Shown here piece by piece: positions 23,724-36,424 of a stretch of DNA of 64,000 nt (position 1 is the first letter of the stretch; each line of letters starts with the position of its first letter). Source of the stretch: Lama glama (taxonomy: Eukaryota); the NCBI GenBank assembly GCA_028534125.1, contig CM052817.1:26600001-26664000 (forward strand), written 5' to 3'. The notes under the pieces are model-generated. The model was not told the DNA's origin and searched no databases. It saw only the letters and a program-made list of their open reading frames with translations. A program made the position numbers and the translations under genes.

Positions 23724-23898
23724 TGAGTATTTGGTAGGTGGGGATAAATCAGTAAAATTCCCTGTGATCTACTCTAATGCTCTTCCAAGTCAGAAATATC
23801 TAAATCTATAGACACACACATACACAAATATATATAATTTAGGGGTTATATTGTCTTTTTATTTTTAACTGCAGACCAATATTATAGCTAGCTGTCAG

Positions 23899-23904
23899 AT
23901 TAAA
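23899..23904 (+). other. Candidate polyadenylation signal (ATTAAA) in CHRNA9 3'UTR
   Basis: First common poly(A) hexamer I noticed after the stop codon; usage unverified. Confidence 0.25.
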
Positions 23905-25843
23905 TTAAGCAGGAGGTCCAAAATTTCAAGGGTAGGAAAATGGAAGAAATGCAGAAAGACCCCTTTTATAGTCCACCAGAGTGGTAGGTGGCTGGCCTCT
24001 AGTTCAATTATTCACCCCTTTAGCAGTGCAGGTAACAAAGTACACTACATTTGATTTAAAATTTAAAGCAAAACAAAAGAAACTCATTTTCTCCTTAGTC
24101 CATATTAGAACATACTTTTGAAAAAGGAAACTTGCCATATATTCTTTAGTGTGATTTAAGTCTTAATGTTACTTTTCTCAGGCCTGGTGCCTTTCAAGCC
24201 ATATCTTAAATGATGGAACAACAAATCTTGTCCCATATGAAGAAAGTCTAAGAATCAGCAGCAACTTAATGGGGAAGAGGGTTTTCTTTGTAATGATGAT
24301 GTTAAATACATTGGTTATATTTTATATAAGCCTTAAACATGAAGTCGTTTCTGCATTTAGTCTTGGATTTAAATGAGATCATCAGCAAACTGGGCTTATT
24401 TATTCATTCATGCAATTACTTACCAAACATTTATGTTTTCCTACATGTAGTAAAGCTGCATGATTCACATTTGCATTAGGTGTCATAGCAACTCTTAGGC
24501 ACAAGTCTGATGCCTTTTGATATTCACTATAATTCTGTGAGCTAGGTGGGCAGGCATTTCTAGTTATCTTTGTCAGCGGAAGAAACTGTCAGAGAAAGGT
24601 GGGTTAAGTGACTACCTCTACATCCAACTACATGATACTTACAGCTGGGCTATAAACCCTTAGCACTGTGACTCTGAATTTGGGCCAGGTCTGCTAAAGC
24701 CACACTGCTTTTGGCCATGACAAATCATGATTTAGGATAGTAGTGATTGAGGGATTCTCATTCATAGTTCTGAATTTTGGCCCTAAATTACTTCTTATGC
24801 TTCTCAACTTTTCCCCACTACTTTCAATCAAATATGTCTTCAAATTCCCTTAATTCCCACCTTGATTCAAATGATACAAGTACTAATACCCATTCCCTAA
24901 TTCCCAACTCCTCAACTATTCTTTTATCAATTAAAAACAAACAAATGAACAGACATGGAGACAGACAGCGGTTAACCTAGAAAAAAGAGGATGGCATTTG
25001 TTTAAACATATAGACATTGTTTTTTATTCTTACATTTACTTATTCTTAAAAATATTTATTGTGCACCTACTACATACTGTGTGTTATGTCAGCCTTGAAG
25101 GGAACAAATAAAAAACATGGCTACAACCTCTGGTTTCTTATATGGTGCTTGCAGTTTAGTAGAGGAGACAGTTAAGAAAATAGACAAATACAACGTGCTG
25201 TAAAAGTGCTATCAGAAGTGTGGACAGATGTCATGGGAACAACAACAATTAATCTGTTTGAGTGAAAGTTTGGGAAAGACTTGTAGGGGTGTAACATTTG
25301 AGTTGGGCTTTGAAGGATGAGTAGGCGTTTGCTAGACAGAAAAAGAAGTAAGCAGGGATTAGAAGGAATTGGGGAAATATAACTTAAAATCAGAAATTTT
25401 CTTCTTCTTTTAAATTATTTTTTATTGAAGTGTAGTCACTTTACAATGTTAGTTTCTGGTGTACAGCAAAGTGATTCAGTTATACATACACATTTTTTTT
25501 CAGATTCTTTTCCATTATAGCTCATTATAAGAAACTGAATACAGTTGCCCCTGTTATACAGGAGGTTCTTGTTTATTTTATATATAGTAATGTATATCTG
25601 TTAATTCTAAGCTCCTAATCTAGCCCTCCACTCCTTTTCCCCCCTTGGTAACCACAGTTTGTTTTCTATGTCTGTGAGTCTATTTCTGGTTTGTAAATAG
25701 AATTAGATTCCATGTATAAGCGACATAATAGGATATTTGTCTTTCTCTGTCTGACTTATCTCACTCAATGTGATAATCTCTAGGTTCATCCATGTTGCTG
25801 CAAATGGCATTATTTCATTCCTTTTTATGGCTGAGTAATATTC

Positions 25844-25845
<2 letters not shown>

Positions 25846-25893
<48 letters not shown>
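25846..25893. repeat. (GT)24 microsatellite inside L1
   Basis: Directly visible in the sequence. Confidence 0.95.
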
Positions 25894-25896
<3 letters not shown>

Positions 25897-28274
25897 CCAC
25901 TTCTTTATCCAGTCATATGTTGATGGACATTTAGGTTGTTTCCATGTCTTGGCTATTGTAAATAGTGCTGCTATGAACATTGGGGATCATGTGTCTTTTC
26001 AGATTAGAGTTTTCTCCAGATATGTGCCCAGGAGTAGCATTGCTGGATCATATGGTAAGTATATTTTTAGTTTTTGAAGGAACCTACATACTGTCCTCCC
26101 TAGTGGCTGCACCAATTTACATTGCCACCAACAGTGTAGGAGGGTTCCTTTTCTCCACATCCTCTCCAGCATTTATTATCTGTAGACTTTTTAATGATGG
26201 CCATTCTGATTGGTGTGAGGTGACACCTCATTGTAGTTTTGATTTGCATTCTTTGAAAATTAATGATGTTCAGCAACTTTTCATGTGCTTGTTGGCCATC
26301 TGGATGTCTTCCTTGGAGTGATGTCTATTTAGATCTTCTGCCAATTTTTTGATTGGGTGGCTTGTGTTTTTGATATTAAGGTGTATGAGCTGTTTGTATG
26401 TTTTCAAAATTAGTCCCTTGTTGGTCACATCATTTGCAAACATTTTCTCTCATTCTGTGGCTTGTCTTTTCGTTTTGTTGATGGTATCCTTAGCTGTGCA
26501 AAAGCTTTTAAATTTAATTAGATCCCATCTGTTTATTTTTGCTTTTATTTTCCATACTCCATGAGCTGGTTCAAAAAATATATTGCTGTGATTTATGTCA
26601 AAGAGTGTTCTGCCTATGTTTTCCTCTAGGAGTTTTATAGTATCTGGTCTTACATTTAAGTCATTTTGAGTTTATTTTTGTATATGGTGTTAGAAAATGT
26701 TCTAATTTCATCCTTTTATAAGTAACTGTCTAGTTTTCCCAGCACCACTTACTAAAGAGACTATGTTTCTCCATTGTGAATTCTTGCCTCCTTTGTCATA
26801 GATTAATTGACCATATGTGCATGGGTTTATTTCTGAACTTCCTATCCTGTTCCATTGATCTATGTGTCTGTTTTGTGCCAGTACCATACTGTTTTGATCG
26901 CTGTTGCTTTGTAGTATAGCTCTATCCTTCTTTCTCAAGATTGTTTTGGCTATTTGGGGTCTTTTGTGTTTCCATACAAAGTTAAAATTTTTTTGTTCCA
27001 GTTCTGTGAAAAAATGTCATTGATAATTTGATAGGGATTGCATTGAATCTGTATATTGCCTTGGATAGTATGGCCATTTTAATAATATTGAGTCTTCCAA
27101 TCCAAGCACACAGTATGTCTTTCCATCTGTTTGTGTTGTCTTCAATTTCTTTCATCAGTGTCTTATGGTTTTTGGAGTACAGGTTCTTGGCCTCCTGAGG
27201 TACGTTTATTCCTAGGTATTTTATTCTTCTTGATGCAATGGTGAATGAGATTGTTTCCTTAATTTCTTTTTCTGCTATTTCATTTTTAGTTTATAGAAAT
27301 GCAATTGATTTTTGTATATTAATTTTGTATCTTGCAACTTTACCAAATTTCATTGATGAGCTCTAGTAGTTTTCTGGTAGCATCTTATGATTTTCTATAT
27401 AGTATCATGTCATCTGCAAGCAGTGACAGTTTTACTTCTTCTTTTCCAATTTGGATTCCTTTTATTTCTTTTTCTTCTCTGACTGCTGTGCCTGGAACTT
27501 CTGAAACTATGTTGATAAAAATGGCAAGAGTGGGCATCCTTGTCTTGTTCCTGATCCTAGAGGAAATGCTTTCAGCTTTCCACTACTGAGTATGATGTTA
27601 GCTGGGGGTTTGTCATATATGGCCTTTATTATGTTGAGTTATGGTTCCTTTATGCCCACTTTCTAGAGCGTTTTTATGAAATAGATACTGAATTTAATCA
27701 AAAAGTTTTTCTACATCTATTGAGATGATCTATATGGTTTTTATTCTTCAGTTTGTTAATGTGGTGAATCACGTTGATTGATTTGCAGATATTGAAAAAT
27801 CCTTTTATCCATTGGATAAATCCTACTTGATCATAGTGTATGATCCTTTTAATGCATTGTTGGAGTCAATTTGTCAGTATATTTTTGAGGATTTTTGCAT
27901 CTATATGCATAAGTGTAATTTTCTTTTTGTGTGATATCTTTGTCTGAATTTGGTATTAGGGTTATGGTGGCCTCATAGGATGAGTTCAGAAGTGTTCCAT
28001 TCTTTGCAACTTTTTGGAGTAGTTTTAGAAGGATAAGTCTTAATTCTTCTCTAAGTGTTTGGTAGAATTTGCCTGTGAAGCCATCTGGTCCTGGACTTTT
28101 TACATTACTGATTCCATTTCAGTACTGGTAATTGGTCTATTCATATTTTCTATTTCTTCCTGGTTCTGTCTTGGCAGGTTGTACTTTTCTAAGAAATTGT
28201 CCATTTCTTCTAGGTTGTCCTTTTGGCTGGGGTATAGTTGCTCATAGTAGCCTCTTATGATCCTTTGTATTTTT

Positions 28275-28481
28275 TTTTAAATCTAAGATTTGAATGTAAG
28301 CACTGGTTAAAGCATGAGATGGATTTGTGGACCACATGAAACCACTTGTTTTGGGCTCGTATTATTTGTTTTATGAGAGGGAAGTAATTAGGATTCTTCA
28401 GTGATTTCCGCTTGGAGGAGGTACTGGGGATTGAACCCCTGATCTCTTGGGCTTTACCACTTGAGCTATACCCTACCCCCA
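28275..28481 (-). mobile_element. vic-1-like SINE with extended 3' tail, nested in L1 ORF2
   Basis: Reverse strand reads gggggtagggtatagctcaagtggtaaag...gggttcaatccccagtacctcc...cctaattacttccc, then ~110 extra nt and an A tail. TSD atcctttgtattttt (28260-28274) / accctttgtattttt (28482-28496). Confidence 0.85.
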
Positions 28482-31400
28482 ACCCTTTGTATTTTTGTGG
28501 TGGTGTTTGTAACTTCTTTTTCATTTCTGATTTTATTAATTTGAGCCATCTCTCTCTTCTTCTTGATGAACCTGGTTAATGGTTTATTAATTTTGCTTAT
28601 CTTTTCAAAGAACCAGCTTTTAGTTTCATTGATCTTTCCTACTTTTTTTTTTTTTTAGTCTCTCTTTGATTTATTTCTGCTCTGAGCTTTATGACTTTTT
28701 TCCCTTCTACTAACTTTGGGTTTTGTTTATTCTTCTTTCTCTAATTGCTTTAGGTGTGAGGTTAGGTTGTTTGAGATTGTTCTTGTTTCCTGAGGTAAGC
28801 TTGTATTGCTGTAAACTTCCCTCTTAGAACTATTTTGCTTTATTTCAAATGTTTTGGATCATTGTATTTTTGTTTTCATCTGTCTCTAAGTATTTTTTGA
28901 CTTCCTCAGTGATGCATTGGTTGTTTGGTAGCATATTGTTTAGCCTCCATGTGTTCAAGGTTTTTGCAGTTTTTTTCCTATAGTTGATTTCTAACCCCAT
29001 AGTGTTGTGGTCAGAAAACATGCTTGATATGATTTCAATTTTCCTAAATTTACCAAGGCTTGCTTTGTGGGCCAGCATATGATCTATCCTGGAGAATGTT
29101 CCACGTGCACTTCAGAAGAAAGTGTATTCTGCTGCTTTGGGATGGAATGCTCTATAAATGTAAATCTATCTGGTCTAATGTGTCATTTAAGCCTGTGTTT
29201 CCTTATTGATTTGTCTGGATGATCTGTCCCTTGATGTAAGTAAGATGTTAAGATCCTCCACTATTACAGTGTTACTGTCAATTTCTCCTTTTATGCCTGT
29301 TAACTGTAGCCTTGTGTATTGAGGTGCTCCTATGTTGGGTGCATATATATTTACAATTGTTACATCTTCTTCTTGGATTGATCCCTTGAGTATTATGTAG
29401 TTTCCTTCTTTGTCTCTTGTGAGAGTCTTTATTTTAAATTCTATTTTGACTGATACAAGTATTGCTACTCTAGCTCTCTTTTGGTTTCCTTTTATATAAG
29501 GTACCTTCTTCCATCCTCTCACTTTCAGCCTGTATGTGTCCCTAGCTCTGAAGTGGGTCTCTTATAGACAGCATATAATGTGTCTTGTTTTTGTATCTGT
29601 GCAGCCAGTCTATGTCTTTTGATTGGAGTGTTTAATCTATTTACATTTAAGGTAATTATCAATATATTTTTTGCTATTTTGTTAATCATTTTGGATTTGT
29701 TTTCGTAGATCTTTTTTTTCTTTTTGTTCTCTTCTCTTGTGATTTGATGACTGTAGCGTTACATTTGGATTCCTCTATTTTGTGTGTACATCTATTATAG
29801 ATTTTTGGTTTTCAGTTATCATGAGATTTTGGTATAGAAGTCTATATATATACATGATTGTTTTAAGTTGCTGATCTCTTAATTTCAAATGCATTTTAGA
29901 TACCCTGCATTTGTACTCTCCTCCCCTCATGATGACTGGTTTTGATATCATTTTACATCTGATTGTTTTATGCATCCTTTAACCACTTATTGTGGGTACA
30001 GATGATTTTACTACTTTTGTCTTTTAACTTCTCTATTAGTTTGTGTGTGCATGATTTTCTACCTTTATGTTTGCCTTTATGGTGAGATTTTCCATTTTTT
30101 AATTTTCTTGTTTCTAGTTGTGGCCTTTTCTTTTTACCTAGAGAAGTTCCTTTAGCATTTGTTGTGAAGCTGATTTGGTGGTGCCATTTCTTTAAGCTTT
30201 TGCTTATCTGTAAAGCTTTTGATTTCTCCATCAAATTTGCACAAGAGCCTTGATGGATAGAATCTTCTTGGTTGTAGGTTTTTCCCTTTCATCACTTTAA
30301 ATATATCTTGCTGCTCCCTTTTGTCTTGCAGAGTTTCTGCTGAAAAATCAGCTGAAAATCGTATGGGAGTTTCCATGTATGCTATTTGTTGCTTTTTTCT
30401 TGCTGCTTTTAATATTTTCTCCTTATCTTTAATTTTTGCCAATTTTGATTGCTGTGTGCCTTAATGTGTTCCTCTTTGGATTGATCCTGAATGGGACTCT
30501 CTGTGCTTCCTGAACTTAATTGACTGTTTCCTTTCCCAAGTTAGGGATGTTTTCAGCATTAGCTCTTCAAATATTTTCTCAGGTCCTTTCTGTCTCTCTT
30601 CTGGGACCCCTATAATGCAAATATTAGTGTGCTTCAAGTTGTCTCAGAGTTCTCTTAAACTATCCTAATTTCTTTTCATTCTTTTTTCTGTTCTGTGGCA
30701 ATGATTTCCACTACTCTGTCTTCTAGCTCACTGATTTGTTCTTCTGCCCCATTTAGTATATTCTTGGTTCCTTCTAATGTATTCATTTCAGTAATTGTAT
30801 TCTTCAGCTCTGTTTGGCTGTTCTTTATATTTTCCAACTCTTTGCTAAAAACTTCTCCCTGTGCATCTATTCTTTTCCTGAGTTCTTTGATCATCTTCAC
30901 AATCATTACTCTGAACTCTTTCTCAGGTAGATTGCCTATCTCCTGATCACTTATTTCTTCTGAGATTTTATCTTGTGCCTTTGCCTGGAACATATTCCTC
31001 TGCCACTTCATTTTGTCTGAATTTCTATTTTTTTTTTAGGTAGGATAATACATTTCTTGACCTTGGAGAAGTGGCCCTCTGTGGGAAATGTCCCATGTGT
31101 CCCAGCAGTGCAATCCCCTCTTGTCACCCAAGGGCAGGGTCCAGCTGGTCCCAGGTAGGGTCTGGCCTGTGTATGCAGACTCTTTCCACAAGCTGTAGGA
31201 GTGTTGTTTTCTTACCTCTGGTGTCTGCCCCCTGGTGGGTGAGACTGGACTAGAGGCTTATGCAGGTTTCCTGGTGGAAGAGGTCAGTGCCTGCCCTCTG
31301 GTGGGTAGGGCCATATCCAAGGTGTGTCTTGAGGTAGCTGTGGGCTCAGGAAGTCTGCTGATGGGTGGGGCTGTGTTCCCACCCAGTATGTTGTTTGGCC

Positions 31401-31691
31401 TGATGTGTCCCAGCACTTAAGCCTACAGGCTGTTGGGTGGGGCCAGGTCTTGGTGCTAATGACCCAAGCAAGATGTCAGCCTCCAGGAAAGCTCATGTAG
31501 ATGAATATTCCCCAAATGTCCTTCACCAGCTTTTATATCCCCAGGGTGAGCCATAACTTCTCCCCACCTCCCCAGGAGACCTTCCAAAACCAGTAGGCAA
31601 GTCTGGCTCAGGTTCCTATGAAATCACTGCGTCTGCCCTTGGCCCTAGTGCACATGAGATTCTGCGTGCGCTCCTTAAGAGAGTGAAGTCT

Positions 31692-31790
31692 CATTCATAG
31701 ACGACCTGCTTCTGGGTTGCGGTTTCACAAGTAGCAGAGCAGCTCCCTCACTGCAATTTATTGAAAGTCAGCCCTTGACACAAGAGTTTG
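31692..31790 (+). pseudogene. 28S rRNA 3'-terminal retrocopy (SINE28-like) with A-rich tail to ~31828
   Basis: 99 nt, cattcatagacgacctgcttctggg...gaaagtcagcccttgacacaagagtttg, align by eye to the extreme 3' end of mammalian 28S rRNA with ~11 mismatches, about half at CpGs. Followed by an A-rich tail; inserted in an L1 5'UTR. Confidence 0.92.
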
Positions 31791-32126
31791 AAAAAATTTT
31801 TAAAAATAATAAGAAAACAAACAAAAAAGAGGCTCTGTTTCCCTCAGTCCTGTGGAGCTCCTGCAGTTAAGCCCTGCTGGTCTTCAAGACCAAATGCTCT
31901 GGGGGCTCCTCCTTCTGATGCCAAACCCCTGGGCTGGGGAGCCTGATATGGAGCTCAAGACTCTCATTCTTGTGGAGGGCCTCTGCAATGTAATTTTTCT
32001 CCAGCTTGTGAATCACCCCCTGGAGGGGTATGGGACCCAATCATATCAGGAAAGCGCCCATCCTACTGTCCCACTCTGGCTCCCTCTTTGTGTTTCCAGT
32101 TGAAGGTCTTTTTTAGTAGGTTCCGG

Positions 32127-32131
<5 letters not shown>

Positions 32132-32182
<51 letters not shown>
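32132..32182. repeat. (TA)25 microsatellite in L1 5'UTR
   Basis: Directly visible in the sequence. Confidence 0.95.
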
Positions 32183-32184
<2 letters not shown>

Positions 32185-32589
32185 TTGTTTAGCAGTCAGT
32201 TGTAATTTTGTTGTGATCGTGAGAGGAGGTGAGCTCGTGGTCCTACTACTGTGCCATCTTGACCAGAAGTCTGTTTTCTTCTTTAATTTAATCATGGAAG
32301 TACTTTTTGTAACTTACAGTTGCATTTGGCTGCAAATAACAGAAAACCCAAAGGACTATGACTTAAGCATATAGAGGTTATTCATCTACACAAGCATAAA
32401 TCCAGACTTACAATTCCAGGGGTGCTTCCATCTTTCCCCTGTGTTGTTTTAAGGCACTAAATTCTAAGTTTGCAGTAACTAGTTACAGCAACAATAGAAA
32501 ACTAATACAGTACCCAATGAGCAACTCTATGTATGTAACTTTTTTCCATATTTTAGACTATTTGTCTGAGATAGCCATATTGAGACAGT

Positions 32590-34010
32590 CCTATTGAACT
32601 GTGCCAAAAAATTTGAATTTCATTCTAAGAACACTGGGGAGCATACAAGGATTTCAAGCAAGGGAGTGACAGTTCTGAAACACAAACCTGAATCTAAGAC
32701 TGTGGTGACAGAAGACTGTAGAGAAAAGAGAGAAGAGGCAGAGAGAGCTACTGGAATCTCTTTTTCAAAACCAGTTCAGGAATTGATAATGAAGGCTTGG
32801 TGCAAGATGGTGGGAATAAGAAAATGGCTCACAAAGTATTTATGAACTAGAATAGACAGGACTTGGTGACCACTTGGATGTGGGGTTAAGGGGAGGGTGG
32901 CGCTGAGAAGGATTCTGAGCTTTCTAGCTCAGGTGACTGAGGCAAGGAGTAAACAGGACCAGGTTTGGGAGGAAAGAATTCTATTTAAGAACATCTTGAG
33001 TTGGAAATGCTTATGGGACATTCTGATGGCGATATCTAGGAAGTAATTGAACATGAGTTTGGAAATTTGGAGGCAAGTGAAAGCTTTTAAAAAAAAAAGC
33101 TTAAAAAATGTATACTCAGGTTAATTGTTAAAATATTCATTAAGTGATTTCAGTGGGAAAGACACTTGTTACAAACCGTGAGAGGCTCAAACGAACAGAA
33201 ACACATTCTTCACCAGAATTCCAGAAGCTTGTACTATCATGCATCACTAAAGCAATTACCTTGTTATGCTGGCATTTCTCCCCTCACATCTACTTCCTCA
33301 AGCACACTGAGATCCTCTCCAAGCCCAGGGCCCTGAAGATCTATCATTATTCTCTCTTTATCCTTTGTGGGCAGTAAAGAGCGACTATGGGGTCATTAGC
33401 TATTAAACACTTATTGAAAGGATGAGTGAGTGAAAGGAAGACCTATAAGAGGGTCCTACAAAATGCTAGGAAGTTTAGACTGTGAAAGGGACCCCATCAC
33501 ATACAATATACAAAATAAATTCCAGATGAATTCAAGACTGACGTAAAAACAAACAAAACAAAAACAAAAGGCTTTTGAGAAAATCTAGTTGACTTTCTGA
33601 ATAAAAGTCTCCACCTCAATAAATGTTAAGATGTAGTGACTGCTATGAAAGAGGAGTCCACGGCTCCCTGAAGGAGAGAAACCCCGGGGACTGGCTTGGA
33701 TTGGGTGGGGTGGTTGGCCTGCGAGGGGAGTGGCATTTCAGTTGGGATCTGAGCAGGAGAAGGAGTTAGCCAGGATAAGACTTGGGGAGAGTGCCAGGTT
33801 GCAGGTGGAGGAAAGATCAGAATTCAGGCTCAAGGGCAGAACAGAGCTTATTGTTATTTGAGAATGAGAAAGGAGGCCCGCGGGCTAGGGGTGGAGCCAG
33901 CCACCTGTGAAGGACACAAAAGAGGAGACTGGCAAGGTGAGCAAGGCTGGGTCACACGGAGCCTTGCAAAGTTTAAAAAACACCTGTCTGGCTGCTTTGG
34001 TGCAATGAAG
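32590..34010 (-). mobile_element. L2 fragments (about 32590-33080 and 33620-34010)
   Basis: gacaggacttggtgaccacttggatgtgggg; ttgagttggaaatgcttatgggacattc. Confidence 0.55.
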
Positions 34011-34394
34011 AGTGCCTGGGTTTGCTGAGGTCCTGACCTTTGTTCTTTTTCCTTCTTTAACCTTTGTGTCTACTTTTACATCAGCTCACTGCTCAGACCA
34101 ACACTTGCCAATACAGCCATGGGCAAACCTGGCAAATGGACTACCTTGGTCAAACTGGAAACAGGTTCTAGAATGCCTTGAGCAACAGTGGTGAGGCCAA
34201 TGGTAATGCCATCAACTCTAGAGGCTAGCAAAGAGCTCCCGCCTATTTCTTCCTTCCTCTGAGATCTCATCTTTGAACCTTGGCTGTTAAAACTCCATGA
34301 GCTTGTCAGTATATCCAAGCCTTAACAAATAAACCCTGTGACAAAACCTCCCTTGTCTTTGAATATTTTTCTCTCCTCTTCCCGGCCAAGGTTC

Positions 34395-34835
34395 CTCCCC
34401 ACATCATTCAGGGTTCCAGCAGGACACAGTGTGCTCAAAGTTGAATAATTCGAGTAAGGTTTAATAAGGGACTATTCAGAAAGGTGTGAGCAGGATGTAG
34501 AGAAACAGAGGGGGTGGTAGAAAGCCCTACGGCTAGCAAAGCAGAGCTGTTATCAGTCTGAGTTCTGAGAGGAAGCAGGAGGGAGTAGTTACTGAACCCT
34601 GCTGGAGAAGGCTGTGAACTTCGGTTGAGTGAATGCAGCAGACCCTGCAGAGTGGTAGCTGGGGGAGTATATACCCCCACTCCCTCTCCTTCTTCCTTCT
34701 AATCTCCTCCCAGGGGTCACGATTGGCCAAACTCAAGAAAGTCATGGGAACTTGTTGATGTCATTGTGTATCTGGGACAGAGAGCAGAGTGGTGAAGGGT
34801 AGAGTGTGGATCTGGAAGGACAGTGGGGAATCACC
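34395..34835 (-). mobile_element. Ancient ERVL LTR (LTR33/LTR16-like)
   Basis: cagggttccagcagg...ctcaaagttgaataattcgagtaaggtttaataagggactatt...gagtgtggatctggaagg. Confidence 0.55.
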
Positions 34836-34859
34836 TGGCACATGCCCTCCCTCTTTGAT

Positions 34860-35720
34860 TTCACTCTACATTTAAAAACTGACTTCTTTTCACCCCACTC
34901 AACTGAAACTGCTCTCACCAAGTGCACCATCTGGGAGTTGCCCAATCAACTGGCTACTTCTGAGGCCTCTCTGCTGCCTTCAGCACAACTGACCACTTCC
35001 TCATTCTTGATGTGCTTCTCTCTTCTCTTCTGTGCTACCACTTTCTGCTTCAATGGCTTGTTCTCAGAACTCCTTGCTGGCTCGAAGTCCTCCTCTTCTG
35101 GTAAATGTTGGTGTCCCCACTGTTCCATCCTCTTCTCTCCTCGCTATGTTTTTTAATACCACACATCCTAATGATTCTCAAAATCATTTATCCAGTCTTG
35201 CTCTCCCCTTAGCTCCAAATCCAATATATTCTTCATGTCAACCAAGTATTGCTGCCTGAAAGTCTCGCAGACTTTCAAACTCAGTGTGACCCAAACTAAG
35301 TTCATGATTTATACTGCCATCCAAGTCTACTCCTCCCCCTGTGTTTCTGTGTCATTCAGCTGTACCACCACCAACTCTACCATCCAGGCTAGAAATCAGG
35401 CAGTCATTCTGGATTCTCACCTAACCCAACATCAAGCCAAACACTGATCCTGTTGATTCTACTTGCTAAATGGTTCTCAAATTGGTCCTCTTCTCTCTAT
35501 GCCCCTGGCAATTGCCTTATTTCAGGTTTTTGTCATCTTTTCCTGGACTGTTGTAGTAGTAACTTAACTGGGCCTCCTGCCCCTGATTTCTGTTCTTTCT
35601 ATCCCATCTTCTTCTCTGCTGCCAAATTGATTTTGTGGCTCTTGCACCTAAAACTTTAAAATGACTAACTAAATACCTACAAGTTGGATAAAGTCCAACT
35701 TCCTTAATATGATATAGCAG
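34860..35720 (+). mobile_element. L2 fragment
   Basis: ccactcaactgaaactgctctcaccaag...ttcaaactcagtgtgacccaaactaag...gtcattctggattctc. Confidence 0.65.
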
Positions 35721-36009
35721 AGATTTAAAATGTGTGTGTTTTTTCTTTTCTGCTGCTCTAGTAATAGGTGTTCCTTTGTTCACCCTAGGAGTGTAAACTA
35801 ACTTGTCAGCATAGAAATTAACCACCCTACTATCTTTTGCAAGGGAAGTTATCAGACCTTTACTGTTGTGAGACTCTGAGGCCCCTGCGAGCAATCATAA
35901 TAAGACCTTAGGTGTTTGATGGTTAAAAAGAAGCAGCAGGGCTGGCTTCCCACCTGGGCATGTGACTCAGGCCAAACTAAACATGTACCCTCACCTGAGA
36001 CCTTGGTTC

Positions 36010-36034
36010 TTTTTTGGGAGGTAGGGGAGGTAAT
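36010..36034 (-). mobile_element. 25-bp tail-only vic-1-like SINE insertion
   Basis: Reverse strand attacctcccctacctcccaaaaaa matches the SINE 3' end; TSD tgagaccttggttc/tgagaccttgattc. Confidence 0.7.
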
Positions 36035-36424
36035 TGAGACCTTGATTCATAAATTTTATATGGAAGAATGAATACTAAATACCAACAGCCAAGAAAAATA
36101 TGCAAAAGAAGACTGTGAGGAGTACTTGCCTGAGAAGATATTGAAGGCAAATCAAACTAGGACTAGGCTAGGAATAGGCAAAAGGCAAACAAACAAACAA
36201 AATCAGTGGAAATGAATTGAGAATCCGGAAATGGATCTCAGTGTATGTGAGGATGTGATATGTGACCATGAGGGTAGTTCAGATCAGTGGGGAAAGGGAA
36301 ATATTTTTTAAAATGGGGACTCTTATCTTAAATAAGATACAAATATGAATTCAAGATGTATTAAATATGTAAAAAGAAAAAACAAAATCAAACGATATAA
36401 ATTCTGTAAGAAAAATCTAGAAGG

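Larger units (their letters stand above)
25407..32273 (-). mobile_element. Near full-length, inactivated lineage-specific L1 (~6.9 kb including nested inserts)
   Basis: The 5' end (rev. cagacttctggtcaagatggc) is at ~32273. ORF1 remnants lie at 31011-30152, an EN-domain remnant (...IVNIYAPNIGAP...) at 29522-29187, then RT/C-terminal remnants, 3'UTR and poly-T at ~25407. Candidate TSD ttttcttctt at 25397-25406 and 32274-32283. Many stops and frameshifts. Confidence 0.92.

Noticed and set aside
25703..31011. L1 ORF1/ORF2-like ORFs as active genes (also at 37633, 44290-46387 and 50751-52002)
   Set aside because: Fragmented by stops and frameshifts. The HTHT/VCVC peptides are microsatellite translations.
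31692..31790. Functional rRNA gene
   Set aside because: Only the last ~99 nt of 28S are present, with CpG decay and an A tail; it is a retrocopy.
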